The position numbers and the translations under genes are program-made. A stretch of DNA of 63,678 nt, filler included, from Lenisia limosa (Eukaryota; Protista; Breviatea): NCBI GenBank assembly GCA_001655205.1. It is 10 parts of 10 records of this genome, joined end to end, with 100 filler letters (N's around TTAATTAATTAA, not from the genome) between each part and the next. Parts side by side here need not be neighbours in the genome. Positions count along the whole stretch, not along the records: positions 25,067 to 33,454 come from LPNZ01005460.1; positions 33,555 to 35,990 come from LPNZ01005291.1; positions 36,091 to 45,787 come from LPNZ01004152.1; 7 more parts are not named here. One strand, written 5' to 3'. The notes beneath the pieces were generated by a model, which worked only from the letters and a program-made list of their open reading frames with translations, made no database searches and was not told the DNA's origin. Below, piece after piece: positions 27,562-39,332 of this stretch. Positions within the stretch are counted from its first letter, which is position 1, and the number at the start of each line of letters is the position of its first letter.

Positions 27562-30500
27562 ATGTCTTGAATATATTCAGGCAACTAATACAACAATTCC
27601 AACCTTTTAGGAAGCTTTTGAGAAGGCCGACACGAATGGTGGCGGTGACCTCGACCTTCAAGTAAGCTTTTCCTTGTGCTTCCAGTCTGTCATTAAGTGC
27701 TTACGATCTCGTAAACTGAATTTCTCAATTAATCATTGATAAATATGGATATTTCCACGGTCTTTTTCGAACCTAGCCATTATACTTCAATCCATGGCCC
27801 ATCGTTGGGAATCATTTCAGTCCAATTAAAAACTGATTTCGATAAAACCTCGAAAAAATCGAGTATTTACAATCAAGTCTTTTTCGGACCTGTGTTAAGT
27901 ACCCATCTTACTCCACACAGGAGTTCATGGAGGCCTTTGGTAGCATTCTTGGCAAGAACATGACCAGCGAACAGCTGACAATGCTCTTCATGAAGGTGGG
28001 CCTATCTCTCATTGTTATTTTCCAAATTGTGAAATTTTCACTTCCTATCTGATTGTAGAATCAAGGCTTCTTTCCCCTTATTTCACTGACTCCTTAGGTC
28101 GATGCGAACAGTGACGGTTCAGTCGATTGGGACGAGTTTTGTACCTTCATGATGATCGAAAACAAATCCGTTCTAGAGGCTATGGAGGAGGATACTGTGG
28201 GGGGGGGGGGGNNNNNNNNNNNNNNNNNNNNNNNNNNNNNNNNNNNNNNNNNNNNNNNNNNNNNNNNNNNNNNNNNNNNNNNNNNNNNNNNNNNNNNNNN
28301 NATTATCGAGTCGGTCATTTATTCGCTTGGATACTAGACCAAAACAATGACATTTAGCAATGAGTCATATTTGGAATCAAGTCCACTTGCGAGTTTAAGT
28401 TCCCATAAGGATCTTTTTCCCGTTATCACCCCAGAGTCACGGTTTTTTCTGTTGTTTTAAAATTTTGAAGGGTCTCGATTGATCTCCACTTTAATTTTCA
28501 AGGGTCTGGGTTTTGATGATCCTTTACCGTTCTCGGATCCCACTGGGCATACCACCCACCACAGGGATATGGTGACTCGAATCTTACACATGCCAAAACA
28601 TGGCTGTTACGTCTCTGCTAGGTGGGTTTGATCGTTTTGTTAGCTAATTTATGCATCACTTTGATGTTTATGCTTACAAATCTGTCTGATTAATAATCTT
28701 TGTTTTTACTAACCTTCATGTTAACTACCTGGGTGGATATTTTTTGAGCTTTTGTTTGCCTTGTATGCTAACCAGTATGTTTGCAGAACCCCCCATTGGG
28801 TGAACGCTATAAACCAAATATCACTTATATATTGTTACGGCTAAATACAAGCTTTTGCATTTGTTTTGTCTACATATTCCCTATAAGCGAGTGTTTGGTT
28901 TTTAATTCCCGGGGGAGCAACTGACCTCTCGTTTGTCTGATCTTTTGGCCTCTGACGTCATACTCCTTATTATATTGTATAATGTTGTCTTCTTTTTTTT
29001 TTAATATACATTCGTACTCTGTTGTAATTTTTTGAATTTTGAGGATTTGATTTTAGTCTAACACCCACACCCACACACACACACGCACGCACGCTGAGGT
29101 CATGGGTTGCGGTGCTACAAAAGCAACTGGCCTGGTCTTTTTTTTATTTTGTTGTTTTCCATCCTCGTGTGTTGTCAGCCAAGAGAGTTGATTAGCTTTA
29201 TAGTGTTATATAGCCCACAGAGTTGATTTTGGGATATTTTTTATTTTTCATAAACAGACATTTTACACCCACCAGTCGAGACGCCACCGTTTGCACGTGG
29301 AACGCAGCAACGCTGGAACATTCCAGAACAATCCGGCTCGGCAACTCCTGGCTGACAGACATGTGCTACATGCCGCATATCAACAGAATTGCGGCCGCGT
29401 CGGATGATCGATCGTGGGGGGGGGTGATTTACTTGATTGTAGGGGTATGAGTGCTNNNNNNNNNNNNNNNNNNNNNNNNNNNNNNNNNNNNNNNNNNNNN
29501 NNNNNNNNNNNNNNNNNNNNNNNNNTGGGGGTGAAATAAGAGCAATGACACTCGGGGGTATTGGTTGGGCTTCACTTCGGTTCGAAAAAAGTCTGAATTT
29601 CTCGATAAATCCCGAAAACTATCGATATTTTACGGGATTATGTTGCCAAGTGAAGCCCAAGGTATAGGAAGGCTTCAGCCAGACAAAAATGGATAAAATG
29701 ATCCAAAAATTGAAATAGTACTATACAATGTGAAAATGACTCTGACGAAAATTTGATTCAAACATGTGAAAATAACCCAAAAAGTGACATGATGCTTTTA
29801 GCCCAAATTTCCTCTTCTGATTCTTTCAGTATCCAGTTCCTCGATTGCGACAAGAGCGTGTCGAGATGGGAGGTATGCTGTCTGAGACTCAGGATTTTGG
29901 TTATGTTTGCATGCGCGCATTGTTAATATAACTGATCCTCCCCTCCCAGTATCTCATTTCCGACTCGGTAGTATTGAAGCTACATATGATATATTATTCA
30001 CACATATACATGTATATTCACAGTATAAAAATAAGCATATCGATATTGTATATTATACATAAAATATTATGTATATATTGCCGATTCACTTGTCTAGGTC
30101 GTGGATAGTATCAAAAACCTGAACTCTGTGTCTCTGACCCTTGATTCCTTTGCGGTAGGGGGGTGCATCTCTTTAAGGATCACCAAACCGTGCACAGGTG
30201 TGATGGGATGCAGTGCTACAGGAGCAACTGGCCTGGGCTTTGTTTTATTGTGTTTAACCCTCGTGTGTTTCTCTATGCAAGTTGATTCTTTTTTTGTTTG
30301 TTTCAAAAAATTTTCCTTATCCACCATCCTGCATCTAAACTCACCGTTCCCCCTCCCCGGATTTGTTTTTGTTATTTTTATTTTTTTTCATATATTTCTT
30401 ATTTGTCCTCATCCCCCCCCCCCCCNNNNNNNNNNNNNNNNNNNNNNNNNNNNNNNNNNNNNNNNNNNNNNNNNNNNNNNNNNNNNNNNNNNNNNNNNNN

Positions 30501-33454
30501 NNNNNNNNNNNNNNNNNNNNNNNNNNNNNNNNNNNNNNNNNNNNNNNNNNNNNNNNNNNNNNNNNNNNNNNNNNNNNNNNNNNNNNNNNNNNNNNNNNNN
30601 NNNNNNNNNNNNNNNNNNNNNNCAAAACAAGGTTTCCGGTACTTCTACGGTGGTGAAGCTGTCGGGCTTGACCGCGGGCCGCGACCGATATCAAGTGGGG
30701 GGGTTTGTCCAGTGGATATCACATATGATATTATATGTGGGGTATGTGTATGATATTATATGTGGGGTATGATGTATATTGATGTGTGGGAGGTGGTATC
30801 AAGTACTCTGTTTAGAGTGTTTTCAACTTACTCTTCAACAGTTTGTTTTTGTTTTTTCACCCCCCGATGCGGTGCTGCAGGCGACTAGCCTGGGTTTTGT
30901 TTGTTTTGTTGTTATCAACCCTTGTGTGTTGTAAGCCAACAGAGTTTATTTCGGGCTTTTTTTGTTCATTAATTTTCCAATTTTACCCCCCCCCCCTTCA
31001 GGTGCGGGATCGGTCCTATCAGGCACCTTCCATTCCGACTGGATATCGAGAGTGAGATTTGTGCCGCATCTCAATGCCATTGTTTCAGCCTCTCTTGACG
31101 GCGCAATAAAGATCGCTGATCCTGAGAGGTGAGGGAAGGTGTTAAGATGGAGTAGTGGGTGCTACTGTTGCTAATGATGGTATGCTGGGGAGGCATGCAG
31201 AAATCTCTGTGCACAGAGTTGTAAGGCAAATGATTGGGTGAATTAATATTTTACGATTCAATATCTCTTTTAAGCGTGATGGTGTGGACGGCTTCACCAG
31301 ATTCTACCTTATTTTTATTTCTCATTGCAATATCATATTATATATATGCTGCATATATTATCTTGTTGATGATGGGGTGGGTGGNNNNNNNNNNNNNNNN
31401 NNNNNNNNNNNNNNNNNNNNNNNNNNNNNNNNNNNNNNNNNNNNNNNNNNNNNNNNNNNNNNNNNNNNNNNNNNNNNNNNNNNNNNNNNNNNNNNNNNNN
31501 NNNNNNNNNNNNNNNNNNGTATCAGACAGATATTTAGATCTTGATATTTCTCTGCATATTTCATGTTTTCCTTTTGTCCCTTTTCACCCTGAAGATTCCG
31601 CGTTTATCGCTCTTTGGACGGACACTACAAAGGAGTATTGGCTGTGGGGGGGTTATGTATACATAATATGAGGAGTATATGATATGTGTAATCAGCCTTT
31701 TAAATGACATTGTCTTATTTGTAATCATAATATTAGTAATATTGTATAATGTGTAACCCCTTCTATTTGACCCCGTTTACACTCCCTCCCCCTCCTTCTA
31801 TTTGACCTTTGTTAGTTTGTTACTTCTGTTTAGCCTTTGTTAGTTTGTTACTTCTATTTGACCTTTGTTAGTTTGCCGCTTCACAGACGCCCAACTTTAT
31901 TGCCTCGGCTGGCCTTGAGAGACAAATCAGACTCTGGAACCCCTTTATCAATAAGGTAGGGGTGCTTTATCAATAAGATGGGGGTGCTTTATCAATAAGG
32001 TAGGGGGGGGTGTTCTCCCCCTTGTGTGTTACTAGCCAACAAAGTTGATTTTGGGCTCAGAAATTGTCCAATTTTACTTTGTTATTGCCTTGATTAGTAC
32101 CTTAACGCCAATATTCTTCATCAATTCCTTCGTTTTACCCCCCTCCCCTTCCCCCTAAGCTAACAGAGTGAATTTTGGCTTTTTTTTTTGTTTATCATTT
32201 CCCCCCCATTTTTCCAAATATTCTCATCGAAATTTCCTTTTTTTTACTCCCTGCGCAGCCCATGGCTCTTCTCAATGGACATATGACCAGTGTTGTCGAC
32301 CTCGCAGTCAACGAAGATGACTTCACCCTCATATCCGTGTCTTTGGACAAGGTATTGAAAGGGCTTCCAAGCATGAAAATACCGGTTTTTATCGAGGATT
32401 CATCGAAAAATTATGAATAATCCTCACATCTATAGTCTTACTGGAGATTTACTAAATGATTTAGGTCGTAAAACTATGGGACGTTCGAACGTACAAGTGC
32501 TTTGAGACATTCATTGATAAAGTGGGCGTTGTTAATAGAGGATTGCTGGGGTTGTTTTCTGTGCGTTATTATTAGAGAAGACTGCTTGGCTTGATTGATG
32601 ATTTGGTTGTGAAATCTCTTTTCGAGACTAATAACTCCGCATATTTGCAGTTTTTTCGTGTATAAGCATCTTACATCGCAAATAGACTGGATTTTCATTG
32701 TCTATATATTGTTAGTAAGAACAATGATTGAATGTGTCGATAAAACATCGAAAAACCTCGTTATGTTGCCGTTCTTTTTCGGATCAAAGTGAAGCCTTAT
32801 TGCTATTACTTCGGTCTAGACCCAGGTTTTTCTCACCCTTTGTTCCAAAAAAGACCGGAACAATATCGATAGTTTTCGAGGATTTATCAAGAAACTCAGT
32901 CCTTCTTCGAGCCGAAAGTAATGCCGTTCTCATACTCCCAGACAACCCAGCGCCCTGAGGATCATATCGCGGCCATGTTTGTTGACCAAACGCCTAACCA
33001 ACACTGTTTAATTACAGCGTCCTCGCGAATGGTCAAGTGGCCTGTAGGGGGATGGAGGTTGTTACATTCGCTTTCCTGTGTATCTCCAAATGATTGGGTG
33101 GATTTATGTTTTAGTAGCTCTTGTATCCGTGATGTAACCAGCTTGCTTTAGTCAGATATTACCGCTTTTAATCACAACATATAATTAGACTTAGCATCTC
33201 ATACTAGCAACCCCCNNNNNNNNNNNNNNNNNNNNNNNNNNNNNNNNNNNNNNNNNNNNNNNNNNNNNNNNNNNNNNNNNNNNNNNNNNNNNNNAATTGC
33301 TTGCCAAAGATTGATTTTGCGCTTTTTTTGTTTCATAAATTCTACAATTTTACTCACCCCCCAGGCCAAGCAAAAAAGTCGGCCGGTCACATGCGCATCT
33401 CATGACTATCAAATCTCGTCTGTCCTCTACAACAACACATTCTTCCAGGCCCTG
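27562..33454 (+). CDS. EF-hand plus WD40 protein, WDR49/EFCAB8/WDY-like (truncated at contig spacer)
   Basis: EAFEKADTNGGGDLD, LFMK|VDANSDGSVDWDEFCTFMM, YVSAS|RDATVCTWN, HSDWISRVRFVPHLNAIVSASLDG, ASAGLERQIRLWNPF, LNGHMTSVVDL, VVKLWDVRTYKC. Confidence 0.8.
29097..29272 (+). repeat. Repeat family C copy abutting an acceptor
   Basis: TGCGGTGCTACAAAAGCAACTGGCCTGG...CCTCGTGTGTTGTCAGCC...TTTTACACCCAC-CAG. Confidence 0.72.
29566..29660. mobile_element. MITE family A copy
   Basis: TTGGGCTTCACTTCGGTTCG...AAGTGAAGCCCAA. Confidence 0.72.
30860..30996 (+). repeat. Intronic repeat family C, best-preserved copy
   Basis: GATGCGGTGCTGCAGGCGACTAGCCTGGGTTTTG...AACCCTTGTGTGTTGTAAGCCAACAGAGTT...TTTTCCAATTTTACCCCCCCCCCC followed by TTCAG acceptor. 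Confidence 0.8.
31188..31330 (+). repeat. Repeat family D copy
   Basis: GGGGAGGCATGCAG...GTGCACAGAGTTGTAAGGCAAATGATTGGGTGAATTAAT...GGACGGCTTC...TTTCTCATTGC. Confidence 0.78.
31797..31876. repeat. Tandem repeat, about 28-bp unit
   Basis: CCTTTGTTAGTTTGTTACTTCT three times. Confidence 0.75.
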
Positions 33455-33997
33455 NNNNNNNNNNNNNNNNNNNNNNNNNNNNNNNNNNNNNNNNNNNNTT
33501 AATTAATTAANNNNNNNNNNNNNNNNNNNNNNNNNNNNNNNNNNNNNNNNNNNNTCATGGGGCATGGGTCAGCGGTTAAGATATATGCATATATTATTAT
33601 ATTGTAAGATTGTAATTCTGACGTAAATGAGAGTTCACCGATTTACAGATTTCCCGTTGGTTATGGACATCTACTATATCGAAAATACTAACAAAGTTTG
33701 AATTAATAATTAATATCATTTTAAAAATTGCATGGAAAAGAAAAAATTGTCAGGGGTATTTGTTGACACCAAATTTTGAAAATAAATATATGATATATAT
33801 ATATCTTCATTGGTCTGAGGCCTGAAATCACGCTTTTTTTTTCATTGGGTCGGGGGTCTGAGGCCTGAAATCACGCTTTTTTTTTCATGGGGTCATGGGG
33901 TCAGGCCAATATTGGATGACCTCACGCTGATATTGAATTATTAAAAGCATAATAATAATGCACCCAATTATTTGCCTTCATGATAGGATATTCCCAT

Positions 33998-35870
33998 TCA
34001 CTCCATTGCACCCACCAAGAAGCCGGCGTCGTTAGCCGTATCAAGAGATACTTCTGGAGAATCATTGAGGAAGGATTTTGGCTCGGAGGCTTGGTCGGAG
34101 GACATGTCAGAGGATATTGAGACTTCTTCTAAAGCAGTGTTAGGGTATTTCTTGGAACGTAGTTTTATGGAGTTTCTTAGTGCCAGGTAATTTCTTCTTG
34201 TTAAAGGCATGAACATAGTATAAATGAATTGTTTCCCCCCAAAATCAAGCTGTGGTACTTGAGAGTAAAATGTCTTGATAGAAAATGTCATATCATACCG
34301 CTATCGAAAGTTGCCAAATCTTGCGAAGAGCTGTAGTTCATCTCCATCTCCACGGACTTCATAACAATCTTATCCTCCGCTGGCCTATTGGGATAAGAAT
34401 TAAACTGTCATTGCAGATGACAAAAATGAAAGGGGTCAATTTTCCAATATCAGCATTTATTTAGTTGGACTCCGTGCAACTGATTATTTGAATACATCAT
34501 TTATATGCAGTGTGAAAAAAGGAGTTTTCGTGTAATATGTCCAAATTTAAAAACAGAGTCCCAATAGTCTTTGGTGGGTAGTCTCCACGATTTCTCCAAA
34601 ATCTCCCATGCATGCTTACCTCATTATCTCATAACAGAGGATAACAGCAGCAACAACAAAGTTGAGAATAAGGAGCACCAAGACGATGACTGCTAGAATC
34701 TGCGAAGGGGGGGGGGTAAGGAGAGAAGGGTTAGGTGATAATGGTCAAAAAACGTATGAGAAAAAACCGAAGAAAAAACCATTCAATTGTACCCCCTGAG
34801 ACAAACCGTGCGTTCACTGGAGCTTTTGTTGTCCTTGTCTCCCATAAACGCTATGCCCGCGAGCAGAGTAGTGATGTTAACCAACAGCGAGGCAGTTTCC
34901 ACCAAATTGAGCCGGGTTGAGATGAAGGGCTTGTTTTGGTTGTGCGCTGCCACTACAGCGAAGAGCACAAAGCAGGCAAGAAGAGCCTGTCAGGGTGAAT
35001 ATCAATCATGAAGACATGATAATACCATCTGACTAGGGTTCCCTATGGTCCCAAAAGACCGAAACTCTCGATAAATATCGATATTTAAACGGTCTTTTTC
35101 GGACCGTAGGGAAGCCCTACATATGACACTTCTGAATAAACACTATTGTGTTGATAGTAACTTCACGATGATAATTTGGCATTTTGATGACGAATATATT
35201 GCAACAAGACCTCCATTTAAGACATTCTATTTTCCGATTGTGTCAATTTATTCAAAGATTTAATTGCACGGAGTCATTTGCCTGTTCAGTCTTCAAAAGG
35301 TTTACCTGGAGCTCGGGTCTGCTTCCAAACAATAAGAGAACAATAACAAGACCGAGGGATTTGGCCATAATGACGGACTCCCAAAGGTACAGGTTGGGCT
35401 TGTAGAAAATAGCAAGCGCGCCGTACTTGAGGTTCACCAGCTAAATTTTGGTGAAACTAGGGAGAATAAACTTGTTTATATTTATACCTAAGGCGAAATT
35501 GAAATCCGTAGCAAGATTGACTGTGTATGTGTCAAAATGAGAGAAATATAGACCCAGATTCTCTCATGTTGCTGACAAGATTTCGATATACTATATCAAG
35601 TGTATAAAGAGAGGGTTTGAGAGAGAACTTCTTTTGCACAACCTTGAATAGAACCCAGCTCACGTGTTGGTCAAGCTGGTCTCTATTCCTCCAAAGAATC
35701 ATGATGATAGACGTGGGGATTCCAATCACATAAAGAACAGTGCCGATAATGGCAATAGGCATCCACAGGAGATGCTCTGAGGAATAGCACTCAACAGAGG
35801 GTTCTAGAGGGGTGATGGGATAATGGAGGTTAGCAGCATATACAGTGACCGTGATACGTCTAGACTCTAC
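33998..35870 (-). CDS. Multipass membrane protein, C-terminal TM region of a widespread protist family (partial)
   Basis: SVECYSSEHLLWMPIAIIGTVLYVIGIP, YGALAIFYKPNLYLWESVIMAK, KPFISTRLNLVETASLLV: a CYxxxH...GIP...YG.L...Y....WE pattern followed by several TM helices. Confidence 0.62.
35036..35119. mobile_element. MITE subfamily A2 (TIR GGGCTTCCCTACGGTCC)
   Basis: TAGGGTTCCCTATGGTCC...GGACCGTAGGGAAGCCCTA; same CTCGATAAAT/ATCGATA core as family A; relatives near 4988, 15720, 46522, 53610, 61510. Confidence 0.72.
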
Positions 35871-36090
35871 CATTGCCCAAGGAAAACTGGTCAAGACTTA
35901 TCCCGGTCACTGTACACATTTGCATTTTTGGATGCTATTCCCATGTCTACTATATCATAGATAATAGTGCTCCGCCAGCTTAGCCCCCATNNNNNNNNNN
36001 NNNNNNNNNNNNNNNNNNNNNNNNNNNNNNNNNNTTAATTAATTAANNNNNNNNNNNNNNNNNNNNNNNNNNNNNNNNNNNNNNNNNNNN

Positions 36091-39000
36091 ATAGGGCTTC
36101 CTCTGAGCTGGTCCACCGGGAGGACACCGTTAACAAGGAGTTCGGACTTTGAATATGTGACATTAGGGAACACCTGCAGGGTCAAAAAATGGGGTATCAA
36201 TAGTTGATGCCTCGCTTGTTTTGGCTGAAAAAAAAACTGTGACTTCAGCTGCATCTGTCAGAGTTTAACAAAGTATCTTGGTTACGACGAAACACATAAC
36301 CACGCAAACCAATCCGGGGCAATCACAGAGTTCGAGTTTGTCAGTGAGGGGAAGGGTTTGGAGTTTGCGAGTCTTTCCAGGGGTGATGGAAACCTTAAAA
36401 GTAAAAAAAGGCAAAAGGAATAAGGCAAAAGGTAGAAAGGAAACTTCGACCTTTTGTGGAGAGTAGAGTTTATTATAGTGCTTTGCAGTAAAGCCCATGG
36501 GTAGCTAGGCACTTTTCACCAACACCGCAGATAGAATACTGATCCTCAATTGGGTCATAATTCGCTTACAGCAGCCATCTTGCGGCGGATGAGAGCGTTG
36601 ATGGTTGAGGACTTTCCGACATTGGGGAATCCAACCTGTAAACTGTGAAGACCCTTTTGCCACATGTTACATATCAAGGCATCCTTAATGAAACAAGTGT
36701 AATTACGAGCCCGCCCACCATTCCGACGGTAGAGCGGAGGGAGCGGCCATGTCTGTCAACTAAACGAGGTTATTCATGTCAAATGCGATGGCTTTCAGTT
36801 TCTCTCAAGAATACGATCTGGTGATCATGGCCATTATAGTGTTTAAATTAAAGTAACCTAGCTATGTTGAAAGAAGAAAAATATATTTATTATCGTTTTG
36901 AAATAATGAGGAAGCCTCAACACCCCCCCCCCTCACTAGTGGGCTCAGGAACCAAGTCCAAAAGAAGAGCCAGTAACTCCATGGTGGAGAGCACAGTGGA
37001 TGTATTGATCTCCGGTACAGCGGGAAGGACCTAAATAGTCAAATATCACAAAATATCCCTCCAAAAGATAAATATACACAGAAAATGAGGTAAAGCACTG
37101 ACTCACCTCTTCTTCTTCTTCCTCTTCAACTCTTTCGAAGTCATCTTCATGCTGTACCCGCCCGGTGTACTCATCCCTGACCTCCTCTTCTTCATCTTCT
37201 TCCTCTTCCGAGTCCCCAAGACTGAATCGTCAATAATGAATTGGATTCTGAGAAAGGTAACCCCCCCTTACCTGTCGTTGTCATCCTCATCTAAAGGTGT
37301 CTCATCATCACTTTCCTTTTGGGGGTTTTCAGCATCACGTTCGGCCTAATAACTGTAACTAATGTGTTGTGTGTGAATGAGCATTCGTAAACAACAAAAC
37401 AAAACGCAAAGGCCATGGACTGATGTTCATCAGTGCACAAGTTTATCACATTATAAATTTTTTTTGAAAGTAACCCTCTCCCCATTTTCTGATAAGTAAT
37501 GAAAAAGCCCACAATAAGGTCGAGACTAGCCTTGGCACTGAAGAAGACAAAGTCGACTCCGACTTCTTGGAAGTACTCCTGCCATTTGACGCGGAAGGCC
37601 TCAGGCAGGAGATCTGCCTTGTTGACCACAATGAGAACCTTTCTAAAAATGTCAAAGAAAGCAAAAGATTCTCAGAAATCTCTTCAAAAATAATAAACCC
37701 TTGTTTTCTTTGGAAAACTCCAGTATTCCAACCTGGCGTGCTTTTTGACCAGAAGTGCGGTGTCCAATCCAGAAACATATGATATCAGATCGGGGGAGTG
37801 GAAGAGAAGGGGGTTACGTCCGTCAATGATCTACAGATAAGTTAACGGGGAGAGGAATTTTCGTCAAGAAGCTAAAGAACATAATTCAAAGTATAAGAGA
37901 GAGGGGGATAAACATTCAAATGTTGCGAATAATAACAGAAATGAGTACAATTCTTACGGAAAGAGAAATAATCGCCCCTATCACCTCAACGATGACGTCA
38001 CTCCTCTCAACAACACGCCACAACTGGCGCCAAATGGCAAGACTCTTCTCGAAGGGTGTCAGCACTACTCCTTTGATGTTCTCGAGACTGCCAACGATCA
38101 AATCCAGTGATAGTACTAGAAAGAAAAAAACACCAATACAATGGCGTATTAATTGTCAAAAAATAAGACAAATGAATCTGATTTTTTTTTCTCATAAATA
38201 TCGATATTTCACAGACCTTTTTGGATTAAAATAAAAACAATAAAACACTAAAACAAAACCCTGAAAAAAGTGTGATATCTGATATATCATATGACAATTG
38301 TCATTTCGCCACCCACTCTGAAAGGCCGCGTCTCCAATCAAGGAAAGATTCACGTTCCAGGAAATCAATATCATCAAGGGACATTGAAGGGGCCCAGGGA
38401 GGACTAAACACTAAGACATTCGGATGCCGCTAAAAAAGAACACTAAATTAAAAACAACCATAGTTCTCCATGTCATTTAGAATACTATACAGTATTTGCA
38501 TAGTATCCCCCCTCCCCACCGTCTTGGGATAATGAGCTTGTGCTTCATTTCGTTCATAGTCTCCTTCTGTGACTTGGTGACCTATACGATAAGCAACCAT
38601 TAGTGTATGGATTTAAACGCTAAAACTAAGGAAAGTCAAACAAATGAAACATCACATTTGGTTTATTAATTATATTCGTGACGAAGCTTACCCTGGGAAC
38701 AAGATCTGGCTTGTCTGAGATAATCAAAGTAGATGCTTCCTCCCTTGACCCTAAAGAATAACAAACGAACTGTGTTTGATCCAGATATCGATGCAAAAAA
38801 AAACAATATTACAATGAGTAAAAGAAAAGAAAAGTATTTCAAGAAGATGAAGTCATACCAGCGAAGTTCCTATCAGCCATTTGAGCATGCATCATGATCT
38901 CGTCTAAGTCATTCATCTGTGTGATAGAAGCCATCGGGACCGGTTCAATCATTGTAGTATGAAGCTGAAAACATTAATTGCGATGAGGGAGGGGGGATGG

Positions 39001-39096
39001 GCTTGCTGTAGAGCAGACCTTGCTACGTGGACCTCTCTTGTCTTTCTTCATGTCCTTTTTAAGGGACCGACCAAGTCCTGTTTTTTTGGGCGGCAT
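36091..39096 (-). CDS. LSG1: Large subunit GTPase 1 (circularly permuted GTPase), 3' end cut by spacer
   Basis: MPPKKTGLGRSL, LTPFEKSLAIWRQLWRVVERSDVIVEV, DGRNPLLF, VVNKADLL...W.EYF...FFSA, GFPNVGKSSTIN, TPGKTRKLQT, LCDCPGLV|FP, LLVNGVLPVDQLR. Confidence 0.92.
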
Positions 39097-39332
39097 TTTG
39101 ACACTTGGAATCCAAAACTAAAAGGTGTATTTTTCAAAAACATCCCATTGAAATAGTGTGTAAATTCATATATTATACTGACTGAACTACTAAAGCGAAA
39201 ACAACATAATCGCAGAAGGCCTCTCTTGTTCGGATTAGAAGGCAGATTTAATCAAAATTTTAAATTATAATATAGTTTAAAGTTGCTTCCCGGGTTTACC
39301 ACAACCTTCGTCAGATCAAAGGTATTCTCAAG

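Noticed and set aside
37241-37272. Apparent 24-nt intron in LSG1
   Set aside because: That acceptor does not restore the acidic coding frame; a downstream AG giving an intron of about 50 nt restores DSLGDSEEE
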